Shown: positions 48,815 through 57,080 of the stretch, piece by piece
Position numbering within the stretch: the first letter of the stretch is position 1
Layout: every line of letters begins with the position of its first letter
Origin: an uncultured virus (IMG/VR IMGVR_UViG_3300021431_000114)
Taxonomy: Duplodnaviria > Heunggongvirae > Uroviricota > Caudoviricetes
Virus record (IMG/VR): IMGVR_UViG_3300021431_000114
Location: 1 to 64,000 of that record
Reading direction: 5' to 3' (one strand)
Length of the DNA: 64,000 bases
Program-made: the position numbers and the translations under genes
The notes under the pieces: generated by a model
The model's input: only the letters and a program-made list of their open reading frames with translations
Databases searched by the model: none
What the model was told of the DNA's origin: nothing

Positions 48815-49155
48815 ACTGCTATTTTGTTTTTGGGGTTGAATAATTCCAGCATTTCGGACAGCTGTGCTTGACAAGGCACGCAGTCCTCACTTGTGATGTC
48901 ATACGCTGCTGCAAAAGCTTCATCAGCAGCAAGCAGTGCTGCAACGTTGCTGCGAATGGAAACAAGCAGACGCAGTGTTTGGTAGCTGTGACACACGCGC
49001 ACAGCGTCAGGGAACGCGCTGCTGTCAGTACATACTTTGGGCTGTGACATACGCAGTACGTGTGCTGCTGCCTGGCAATAGTCCGCGAGCTGCCTGCTGA
49101 CTTCTTTGTGCAACAGCATAGCTTCGCGCAAGTTTTGTTGTTCGTATTTGTGCAT
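48811..49155 (-). CDS. hypothetical protein
   Basis: ATG 49155 preceded by minus-strand TATCTTTGC (49187-49179); ATGA overlap with the next gene. Confidence 0.6.
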   Translation of the reverse strand: MHKYEQQNLREAMLLHKEVSRQLADYCQAAAHVLRMSQPKVCTDSSAFPDAVRVCHSYQTLRLLVSIRSNVAALLAADEAFAAAYDITSEDCVPCQAQLSEMLELFNPKNKIAV

Positions 49156-49321
49156 ATCCAAAAGCTTAAAATCCGCTTGCAAAGATAGTAAAAACCTGCC
49201 GAAATTGGTAGGTTTTACGCATTGTTTAACAAATAAAAACACGCTATATATTGCAGCTTTGCAGGTTCACGTTGGTTAATACTAAGCGTTTTGGGTTAAT
49301 CATTCATAAATTGTATAGTAA

Positions 49322-49358
49322 TTATTAGGTTTGTATAGTTTTTCTTAATAACTTTGCC
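49322..49358 (+). promoter_or_regulatory. early promoter P3: TTATTAGGTTT-N16-TAACTTTGCC
   Basis: same boxes and spacing as P1 and P2. Confidence 0.85.
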
Positions 49359-49386
49359 GTACAGTTTAACAAAAAGCGATACGACA

Positions 49387-49743
49387 ATGAAACAAGTATT
49401 TAAGAACATCGACGAAGAATTGGACGCTTACAGCGCATTTCTTGACAGCAGCGAGTATGGAAAAACAGTGAAGCAGATACGTGAAGCCTGCAAGGATATG
49501 TTTTACACGTACAAAGGCGAGTTTGGGCTGGAGAGCAGCGAGCTTACTGACTACGGCACGATGTACAGCTGGGGCTTTAACGGCAATGAAAAGTGCTTTG
49601 CAGAAAACTTAACGGGCTTCCTTGCAGAGTATGACATTGTACTGCGCAAGAAGGACGGCACGGCTGACGAGCGCAACAGCAACCACAACGATGTAGCAAA
49701 GCTGCTTAACAAGCTGTACCAGCTGGCAGAACAGACAAAGTAA
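49387..49743 (+). CDS. hypothetical protein
   Basis: ACGACAATG start after P3. Confidence 0.75.
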   Translation: MKQVFKNIDEELDAYSAFLDSSEYGKTVKQIREACKDMFYTYKGEFGLESSELTDYGTMYSWGFNGNEKCFAENLTGFLAEYDIVLRKKDGTADERNSNHNDVAKLLNKLYQLAEQTK

Positions 49744-49765
49744 CAAACCATAAATAGACACGACA

Positions 49766-50143
49766 ATGAAGTACGACATGGAAGTTTGGCAGCAAGCCGT
49801 AACACAGATGCAGGACGCAAACAAGGTAATGCGCGAGCGCATCAACAGCAAGCCCAAGGGCTACGTAATCGTAAGCAACACGTTTGACCACTGCGTAGGC
49901 TGCGACGATAAAAGGTACGCAACAGCGGAAGTAATCGCTTTCAGCACACAGCCAGTAGTGTTGCAGCGTAACAACGCAGAACGTCTTGCACGCACATTCA
50001 AAGCATACTGCGGACGCGACGAGAAGCGCATCTATTGGCAGGTGATGAACGTGCTGGAGTATTACAAACGGCTTATCAACCGCAACGAGCAGACGATCCA
50101 GCTGATGCAGGACGTGCTGGCAGGAAAGGGAATAGGACAATAA
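49766..50143 (+). CDS. hypothetical protein
   Basis: ACGACAATG start. Confidence 0.7.
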   Translation: MKYDMEVWQQAVTQMQDANKVMRERINSKPKGYVIVSNTFDHCVGCDDKRYATAEVIAFSTQPVVLQRNNAERLARTFKAYCGRDEKRIYWQVMNVLEYYKRLINRNEQTIQLMQDVLAGKGIGQ

Positions 50144-50197
50144 CAGTATAACACGGGCAGCGTACACGTTGCGCTGCCCACAATAGAAGCAACGACA

Positions 50198-50581
50198 ATG
50201 AAACAGACACTTTGGGTAGAGTTTAAGTCACAGCGCAAGCGTGCTGCTGACTGCACAGTAAGGGCGCTCATGAAGCTGCTGGGCGTTACCTGGGAAGAAG
50301 CTTACGACGAGCTTTGCAAGCAAGGGCGCAGGCTTAAGCGAATGACAAACGAGACGGAATGCGTGTATGCTGCACTTGCAGGCTACGGCTACGTCAAGCG
50401 TTCAATCAGCGTAGAAAAGGGCAGCAAGCGCCCGACAGTACAGAGCTTTGCAGCAGCACACCCGAAAGGGCACTACTTGCTGAAAGTTGCCAACCATGTT
50501 GTAGCTGTAGTGGACGGACACTATTACGACAGCTGGGATTGCGGCGACAAGTGCTTGTACGGATATATGGAGCTGCCATAA
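50198..50581 (+). CDS. conserved phage protein (Cys/His/Asp motifs, possible papain-like fold)
   Basis: DCTVRAL...HVVAVVDG..YDSWD. Confidence 0.7.
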   Translation: MKQTLWVEFKSQRKRAADCTVRALMKLLGVTWEEAYDELCKQGRRLKRMTNETECVYAALAGYGYVKRSISVEKGSKRPTVQSFAAAHPKGHYLLKVANHVVAVVDGHYYDSWDCGDKCLYGYMELP

Positions 50582-50645
50582 TTTTATATATAAGTTTGAC
50601 GCAGGGAGCAGCAACACGGCTGCTCCCACAAAAAGGAAAAGCAGA

Positions 50646-50819
50646 ATGGCAAGACTAAAGTACGTTCCAGTAGAACAGCGCGACGCATACTTGCAGGGCA
50701 AGCAGTACGCAAGCATCAGCTGTACGGGCAGCTTGCACGGCATGAAAAAGCGTTACGGTTGGGACAAGGCAAAGGAGATTTTCAAAAGTGGTAACTATTA
50801 CTACGCAGTATGGAACTAA
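50646..50819 (+). CDS. small hypothetical protein (57 aa)
   Basis: read by hand: MARLKYVPVEQRDAYL...GNYYYAVWN*. Confidence 0.55.
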   Translation: MARLKYVPVEQRDAYLQGKQYASISCTGSLHGMKKRYGWDKAKEIFKSGNYYYAVWN

Positions 50820-50838
50820 CAAAAAAAACAGTACGACG

Positions 50839-51195
50839 ATGAAAAGAATAGACGAATTAAAGAAAGGCGACGTTGTTAGCTGCATCAGCAGAGACCCAAG
50901 GAACGGCAACGTTGAAGCAACGGTAAAGAGCATTGGCAGCAAGTACATCACTGTGGATGGTGTGAATAAGTCTTACTCCAAGTACGAGCGCGAAACGCTG
51001 GTGTGCGCTGATTGGTCAAGCTGGGAACTGTTTCCCGGTACGCTGGACGAATATGCACAGCACCTTAAAGACGAGCATGAGCGCGAAGAAACTATCAGGC
51101 GCATAAACCGACAGCTGCAAAAGCTGGAATTGAGCCAGCTGAAAAGCTTGACAGAAGCATTACAGAACATCTTAACACCACAAAGCAAAGGATGA
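50839..51195 (+). CDS. hypothetical protein (beta-barrel N-terminus)
   Basis: LKKGDVV...ATVKSIGSKYITV; start moved to 50839. Confidence 0.65.
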   Translation: MKRIDELKKGDVVSCISRDPRNGNVEATVKSIGSKYITVDGVNKSYSKYERETLVCADWSSWELFPGTLDEYAQHLKDEHEREETIRRINRQLQKLELSQLKSLTEALQNILTPQSKG

Positions 51196-51413
51196 TGAAA
51201 CAGAGCAGTACAACGTACCCTGCACGCATAGCAGCTATGGTGCAGCAGTTTGAGGCAATCGAAACACAGCCCGCAATCAGCACACAGCTGATGTCTATAC
51301 GCATGGAGCAGCCCTGCGGCTGTAACCTTACGGAACACTTCAACTGCCACAAGGAGGACTTGCAGCAGCGTTACTACGTAGAACTTTGCGACGAACATAA
51401 ATTAAAGCTATAA
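51192..51413 (+). CDS. hypothetical protein
   Basis: 73-aa ORF. Confidence 0.55.
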   Translation: MMKQSSTTYPARIAAMVQQFEAIETQPAISTQLMSIRMEQPCGCNLTEHFNCHKEDLQQRYYVELCDEHKLKL

Positions 51414-51417
51414 GATT

Positions 51418-51756
51418 ATGCAAGCAGTATCAAACATCAAGCAGTCACAACGCCTGCTGAAGCTTTTAGGCAACGACAGCACAGCGGACTTTTGGCGCAC
51501 GCCCAAGGTTGGCGGGTACACAGTAAGCACGGAGAAAGCTGCAAACAGCATGCCGTGCTGGAGCGTGCAGGCTCTTATGGATATGCTGGACGAGTATTGG
51601 GACGATGAAAACGGAACTGCACTTCCGTTTATCAACTGCGAGGAAAACAGCGTGTACTTTGAAGCAAACGGCTTTCTTGTCGAGGACTTTTCACAAAGCA
51701 CGCTGCTGATAGACAATATCATCGACGCGCTGGAATGGCAGTCTAAACAAGAATAA
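51418..51756 (+). CDS. hypothetical protein
   Basis: 112-aa ORF; PCWSVQALMDML motif. Confidence 0.65.
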   Translation: MQAVSNIKQSQRLLKLLGNDSTADFWRTPKVGGYTVSTEKAANSMPCWSVQALMDMLDEYWDDENGTALPFINCEENSVYFEANGFLVEDFSQSTLLIDNIIDALEWQSKQE

Positions 51757-51763
51757 AAGCATT

Positions 51764-52021
51764 ATGGTAAAAACCAAACTAAACATTGAGCTTGCAGATA
51801 ACGGTGTTATCCTGCGAGACCCCGAAAACAGCGACATAGTAACTGTTGCTAAAGTAGATGACTACGGGCACAGCAAGGACAAAAACGATGTGTACAATGC
51901 TGTAGGCAAACAACTCATGCTTGCGCTTGAAGCAATCGTTCCGCCACAGGGAATGAAGCTGTACGGCTATAAGCTCGACATCAGCGTGCAGCTTGTAACA
52001 AAACCATTGGGCGAGTTTTAG
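51764..52021 (+). CDS. hypothetical protein
   Basis: 85-aa ORF. Confidence 0.6.
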   Translation: MVKTKLNIELADNGVILRDPENSDIVTVAKVDDYGHSKDKNDVYNAVGKQLMLALEAIVPPQGMKLYGYKLDISVQLVTKPLGEF

Positions 52022-52046
52022 CGGAAATACAAAACATTTTAGGACA

Positions 52047-52241
52047 ATGAAAGAATACGAAATTGAAGTAAAGCTGTCATTCACGGGCTGTGTAACGGTG
52101 AACGCTGACAGCAAGATTGAAGCCCTGCAAATCGTGCGAGACAACTTCCGCGCTATGCTTGGGCAGTGCGAGGACAATGGGTGTGACGCGATTGTTGATT
52201 GGGATATAGACCCGCACAACAGCGCGATAGTTGCGAAATAA
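52047..52241 (+). CDS. small hypothetical protein
   Basis: MKEYEIEV...VTVNADSKIEA. Confidence 0.6.
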   Translation: MKEYEIEVKLSFTGCVTVNADSKIEALQIVRDNFRAMLGQCEDNGCDAIVDWDIDPHNSAIVAK

Positions 52242-52325
52242 CGTGGTTTGCCGCGCTGCTGCTCGCTTTTAATTCCGTTTCCGCGTAGTTATTCGGGCAG
52301 CAGCGTGTGCGTGCCTTACAGCGAC

Positions 52326-52431
52326 AAAAAAAGCCGCTGTGCAAGTACGACAAACACACAGCGGCCACGACATTTCAGTTTAACTTTGTGTAAAAAACTG
52401 CACGAGCAAGCACAGTCGATACAACAATGTC
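52326..52431 (-). ncRNA. predicted ~105-nt small RNA antisense to early-gene leaders
   Basis: minus-strand TACCTTTG box (52443-52436); perfect 9-bp terminator stem 52333-52341/52357-52365 with U7; no ORF. Confidence 0.55.
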
Positions 52432-52540
52432 AGTGCAAAGGTAGCATTTTTAACCCAATAAATAGCTCAAAAGTGCAGAATTTTGGGTAATTTTGCAGAA
52501 AAATAAGTAAACAAAGGATATTTTAAGACGTTTCAGTATT

Positions 52541-53293
52541 ATGTTAGGAGCAATTATAGGCGACATTGTAGGGTCGCGCTTTGAGTTCAACAACACGAAC
52601 AAGTACGACTTCGGGGAGCTGTTTACGCACGAATGCAGCTTCACGGATGATACAATCTGCACCGTAGCAATAGCGGATGCACTGCTTAACGGCAGCAAGG
52701 ACTATAAAGGAAGCCTGCTTAAGTGGTGCAGGAAGTACAATGGTCTTTGCTATGGTCGTGCTTTTAAGGCATGGATAGACAATCCAGTACCTTACAACAG
52801 CTTTGGCAATGGTGCTGCAATGCGCGTCAGCCCGGTAGCATGGGCGTACAGTACAGCAGCGGAAGTCACCAGCGAATCTATTGCTACAGCAAACGTGTCT
52901 CATAACCACCCAGAGGGCATAAAGGGAGCAATGGCAGCTGCGCTTGCTGTGTACTACCTACGCACGACAAAAAAGCGGGAGTGCCTGGACGTTATAGAGG
53001 GTATGTTCTATGACCGTAAGGCAAAGTATAAGCGTGGCGTGTTTGACACGACTTGTCAAGGAACAGTACCTATCGCACTGCGCATCGTGCATGACAGCAA
53101 GGACTTTGAGGACGCAATAAGGCTGTCAATGGCTTGGGGCGGCGACAGCGACACCTTGGGCGCAATAGTCGGCTCAATGGCAGAAGCGTTGTACGGCATA
53201 CCCGTTGGCATACAGCGTTACGCAAAAAGCTATCTGCCCGACGATATGCTGCAAGTTGTGAACATGTTCTATAAGAAATTCATACTGCTGTAG
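52541..53293 (+). CDS. ADP-ribosylglycohydrolase (DraG/ARH family)
   Basis: GAIIGDIVG, FTDDT, SFGNGAAMR, SHNHP, GGDSDTLGAIVG motifs; TAATTTTGC promoter box at 52488. Confidence 0.95.
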   Translation: MLGAIIGDIVGSRFEFNNTNKYDFGELFTHECSFTDDTICTVAIADALLNGSKDYKGSLLKWCRKYNGLCYGRAFKAWIDNPVPYNSFGNGAAMRVSPVAWAYSTAAEVTSESIATANVSHNHPEGIKGAMAAALAVYYLRTTKKRECLDVIEGMFYDRKAKYKRGVFDTTCQGTVPIALRIVHDSKDFEDAIRLSMAWGGDSDTLGAIVGSMAEALYGIPVGIQRYAKSYLPDDMLQVVNMFYKKFILL

Positions 53294-53297
53294 GTTT

Positions 53298-53552
53298 ATG
53301 AAAAAGACTATAACGATAGAGATTGAGGACGGCGTAGGCGTAAACGTGTACTACGAAAAAGAGGGCGAGCAGCGCAAGCACTGGAGCAAGTGCGAGCCAA
53401 TGGAAAGCGTGGAAATCTACGCTGCTTCGCGTGTCCTTGCAGCAGGCACGGAAATGACTGCTGCCTACATTGCTTCGGGCATGCACAGGACTGTAGAGGA
53501 ACTTGCAGGCACTATCAAGGAGTTCAACAAGGTTATGGGTAAAGTAAAATGA
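53298..53552 (+). CDS. hypothetical protein
   Basis: 84-aa ORF. Confidence 0.6.
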   Translation: MKKTITIEIEDGVGVNVYYEKEGEQRKHWSKCEPMESVEIYAASRVLAAGTEMTAAYIASGMHRTVEELAGTIKEFNKVMGKVK

Positions 53553-53884
53553 TTACAGCAAAGACATACAAAGCGTTGAAGCTGCTGGAGCACACACAGC
53601 GTTTCAGCAAGGTAATGACTGCGCACGACTTCGCGCTTGCTTTTTGGGGCAACGACGCGGACAAGCAGTATTTGTTTACGGCTGTGTCTAACAGCGGTAA
53701 CGGGGCGTGCAGCGGAAAGAAAGCTTGGCTGTGTGCTGGTTCTTATCTCTCTGCACTATACAAGCGTGGTCTTACACGCTGGCAACCTCGCTGCGACTAT
53801 CACCCGACGGGGTACAAAATAACGGAGGCAGGAATGCAAGCAATAAAGGAGTACGAACTTCAAAACAACATACACAATGGCTAA
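53549..53884 (+). CDS. hypothetical protein, winged-helix-like
   Basis: LSALYKRGL...YKITEAG. Confidence 0.6.
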   Translation: MITAKTYKALKLLEHTQRFSKVMTAHDFALAFWGNDADKQYLFTAVSNSGNGACSGKKAWLCAGSYLSALYKRGLTRWQPRCDYHPTGYKITEAGMQAIKEYELQNNIHNG

Positions 53885-54107
53885 GAAAAAAAAGTTTTCG
53901 ATGTTTAACGATCCGTCCTTCTCTAATTTTACGGACAAGGATTGGAAAAAATGGAAAAGGAACGAGCACAAGACACCTGACGGCACGCCGCCTTTTATCT
54001 GTGAGAAGTGCATGCTTTGCACAGAAGATGATACTTGTGAAATTCTCACGCAGGCACAGCAGCAAGCCCGCATAAACTTGGGCGAGTGCGAAGATAAAAT
54101 AGAGTAG
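53877..54107 (+). CDS. small Cys-containing protein
   Basis: 76 aa, CEKC..C....C; convergent with the MuF-ART gene. Confidence 0.6.
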   Translation: MAKKKKFSMFNDPSFSNFTDKDWKKWKRNEHKTPDGTPPFICEKCMLCTEDDTCEILTQAQQQARINLGECEDKIE

Positions 54108-54135
54108 GTACTTGTATGTACCTGCTCTATTTATT
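54099..54135. terminator. bidirectional terminator hairpin
   Basis: ATAGAGTAGGTAC/GTACCTGCTCTAT stem between convergent stop codons. Confidence 0.65.
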
Positions 54136-57076
54136 TCACACGACATTTTATCTCTACGATTTTACGCGTGCTGTTGTACTCCACTTCCAGAAGCTCTAAG
54201 TGTGTGTTGCGTCCTAAAACGCATTCACTCTCGTAATCGTTTCTTGTTACATATACAGGTGTTCCTTGCGGTATTTCAATTTGCAACTGAAATTTTCTGC
54301 TTGTGAATACGTTCATGCGTGCATCTGTTGATACAGACATGAAACCTGCATCTGCTTCCAGCTCCTTCAGCGGAAGTGCTTTAAGCTTTGTTGCAATTTC
54401 ATTGACGCTGAGCTTGGTTTCGGAATCGACTGGAAGTGTACCACCAAACAAAGGATTTACGCCGTCAAAAGTAAGGTTACGTACTATTTTTATCGGGAAC
54501 GGCAAACTGTTTCTTGCGATAACAGCGTCCAGTGTCTCAATGGTTTTTATATCATCATCATTTAGCATGCCGCCGTACAAATCCATTGCAAACTGCACGT
54601 TCTTATTGCCTTTAAGCGTACCGACAATCTTGTTTTTTCCTTTGCCATGCACGTCGCGCAAAGCTCCATTTATTTTGAAGCTGTTGCTCGTGCCAATGTA
54701 GCCGCCGGGAGAGTGTGCCCACGTCTGCGTCTTCTCTGTATTTGTGATGTCACAAATTTTTGCCAATACCATATGCTGCTTAGACGTAAGATACACACAG
54801 CCGTCCACAATGTTGATGTCGGCAGCGGAAAGACTTTCTCCATGCTGCGTGAACAGTCGTACCATTGCATCTTTAATCTCCGTGTCAGTCATTTTTTGCG
54901 TGGGCATGGCTGCTGCACTTGCCTTTGGCGTCGCACTTGCCGAACTTTTAGCAGCCCTTAAGCGTGCTTCTGCTTCCAGCCGCTTAACGCGTTGCTTTAA
55001 GTCTGCGGCTTTTGCACGTACTTCCACAAGGCTTGCGTCGTTGTCCTTAAGCATGCCCTGCAATTCAACACCGAGATTAGAAACTATCTTACTTCGCGTT
55101 GTAGCTGCAAACTGCAATTCATGCTGTATGCTTGCACTTATTGCATTGAACTCTATTCGCTTGTTCACGATGTCAAGCCTATGCTGTAATGCGGCTTTTG
55201 AAATCTCTTTCGTTTTGTACTTCGTGCCGTTGACAACGTTAATTTCACGCTCCAAGCGACCTTTGAGGAACTGCAATGAAGCGTCTGTATCAAAGTCCCA
55301 CGTCCAGCGGTTGAATGTACGCTGTATGGCTGCTTGTGCGCCTTGCACTTCTGCTGACGTAAACTGCTTAAACCACGCAAGGGCGTTTGGTGTAAACTGT
55401 TCCAGCTGTGCTGCCTGCTTCTTGACTTCCGCAATCTGCTTTGCAAGCGTCTTGGTAAGGTTGGCAGCTTCCTTGAGCTTGTACTGCAACAGCAGGTCAC
55501 GCAACAGCCCTGCGCTGGCTGACGTTTCAACGAAAGCAAGCTTGTCGGCAACAGCAAGCACGTTGCGCCCGGTGTTGAAGATAAGCGCGTTCTGCTTCCT
55601 GCGCTCGTTCCATGTGCTTTGCACAGCTGCGTCGTTACGCTTGGCGTGACGTGCATCTGCAAGCTGCTGTATGCGTATGCCGTTCCAAATGTCCGCGTAT
55701 GCAGTCTTGATTGCGTCCTTGTTTCCGCTGCTAATCGCGTTTTGCAACGCGGTAAGGCGTTTTTGCAGCACGGGCGAGCTACTATTCAGGCCAGCATTAC
55801 TTATTGCCTTGTGCGCCCTTTTTAGCTGGTATTCGTTCCAACGCTTCTGCGCTGCTGCATCATCACGCTGCGCGTGCCGCCACACCTTTGCTTCTTCGGG
55901 AGTACGCCCGCGTGTCTGCAAGCCCATGTCCTGCAACTTCTCCTTGTCGAAGATAGTACGCAGGTACTTCGGGTTATCACGGAACACGTAGGCAAGCGTG
56001 CCGCGCTCACCTGCACGCTGGATCTGCTCGCGGTGCTGCTGCAAGTAGTCCTTGTACTGCTGCGGAACGTCCTTAACAGTACCCTTGCACTCAAAGTTTG
56101 ACACGTCCTCGCCTGCACGTTTCCGACGGTGGTACTCGCGTATTTCCTCACGGCTGGCAGTAATCGCGCTTGCAGCACACATGCACTGCGGATGGAAGCC
56201 GCTAAACTTGAAGTCCTTCGGGTAGTCGCCCCATAACTCGTCGCAAATATCGGGTTCGGGATGCTGAGGACTGCCCCAAATGCGTATGCCAATGACAAAC
56301 GGCTCGTTTTTCCAACGCTCGCAGTTCGCGTAATGGTACGACATGTTGATTTCCGTGCGCATCAAGCGGAACGTGTTGCGGTAACTGCTGCGGTACACAC
56401 CCTGCCCTACTTCTTCCAGCGGTGCTTCAATAAAGCGTACTTTGCCTTCCTCGTCAATAATGCGCTTGTGCCACTTCACAACGTCCTTGGCTGCGCCGCC
56501 TTTGGTAATGACCTTGTGATGATAGCGTCTGTACATCATGTCCGGCTCTTGCAGCTGCCCGTACACCTTACGGGAAAGCTCCACTGCACTTGTGCCCTTT
56601 GCAAGCCCGTCCGTAATGACGTTGCTCATAGCCATTTCAAACTCGCTTTTCGTCTGCTCCGCATAGTTCCACACACGCTGCGACAAGTTCAAGCCCTGCG
56701 GCGTATTCATGCGCTGCGCAAGGAAAGCACTTGCAGCAAGGTTGCGTACCTGCATGATTGCTTCATCGTTGAGCACCGTGTAGCCTTTCAGTGTGCGTGC
56801 ATCCTGCCCGAAAGCAAGCCCTACGCCCGACTGTATGCCGCTTTGCGCGAGCAACAGCTGTTCGCGGACGTACTGACGGAAGATGTCGTTAAGACGCGTC
56901 TTAAGCTCTGGGAAGTTGTCAAACAGAAACAGCGCGTCCTCACTAAGCTTCTGTTCAACGTTGATGCCCAGTGCTGACAGCTGCTTGATAAACTTGCCGT
57001 ACAGCATGCCTATCCGTATGTTGTACTTGGCAAACAGTGCCGTGAGTTCTTTTTGCTGCGCTATGTTTTGAGCCAT
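54131..57076 (-). CDS. MuF/SPP1 gp7-like minor head protein fused to a C-terminal ADP-ribosyltransferase (VIP2-like)
   Basis: RLMRTEINMSY, ICDEL.G.YPKDF.F.GFHPQCMC (MuF); INGALR, IVR, GFMSVS, YESECVL (R-S-E ART); follows portal. Confidence 0.88.
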   Translation of the reverse strand: MAQNIAQQKELTALFAKYNIRIGMLYGKFIKQLSALGINVEQKLSEDALFLFDNFPELKTRLNDIFRQYVREQLLLAQSGIQSGVGLAFGQDARTLKGYTVLNDEAIMQVRNLAASAFLAQRMNTPQGLNLSQRVWNYAEQTKSEFEMAMSNVITDGLAKGTSAVELSRKVYGQLQEPDMMYRRYHHKVITKGGAAKDVVKWHKRIIDEEGKVRFIEAPLEEVGQGVYRSSYRNTFRLMRTEINMSYHYANCERWKNEPFVIGIRIWGSPQHPEPDICDELWGDYPKDFKFSGFHPQCMCAASAITASREEIREYHRRKRAGEDVSNFECKGTVKDVPQQYKDYLQQHREQIQRAGERGTLAYVFRDNPKYLRTIFDKEKLQDMGLQTRGRTPEEAKVWRHAQRDDAAAQKRWNEYQLKRAHKAISNAGLNSSSPVLQKRLTALQNAISSGNKDAIKTAYADIWNGIRIQQLADARHAKRNDAAVQSTWNERRKQNALIFNTGRNVLAVADKLAFVETSASAGLLRDLLLQYKLKEAANLTKTLAKQIAEVKKQAAQLEQFTPNALAWFKQFTSAEVQGAQAAIQRTFNRWTWDFDTDASLQFLKGRLEREINVVNGTKYKTKEISKAALQHRLDIVNKRIEFNAISASIQHELQFAATTRSKIVSNLGVELQGMLKDNDASLVEVRAKAADLKQRVKRLEAEARLRAAKSSASATPKASAAAMPTQKMTDTEIKDAMVRLFTQHGESLSAADINIVDGCVYLTSKQHMVLAKICDITNTEKTQTWAHSPGGYIGTSNSFKINGALRDVHGKGKNKIVGTLKGNKNVQFAMDLYGGMLNDDDIKTIETLDAVIARNSLPFPIKIVRNLTFDGVNPLFGGTLPVDSETKLSVNEIATKLKALPLKELEADAGFMSVSTDARMNVFTSRKFQLQIEIPQGTPVYVTRNDYESECVLGRNTHLELLEVEYNSTRKIVEIKCRVK

Positions 57077-57080
57077 TTGT

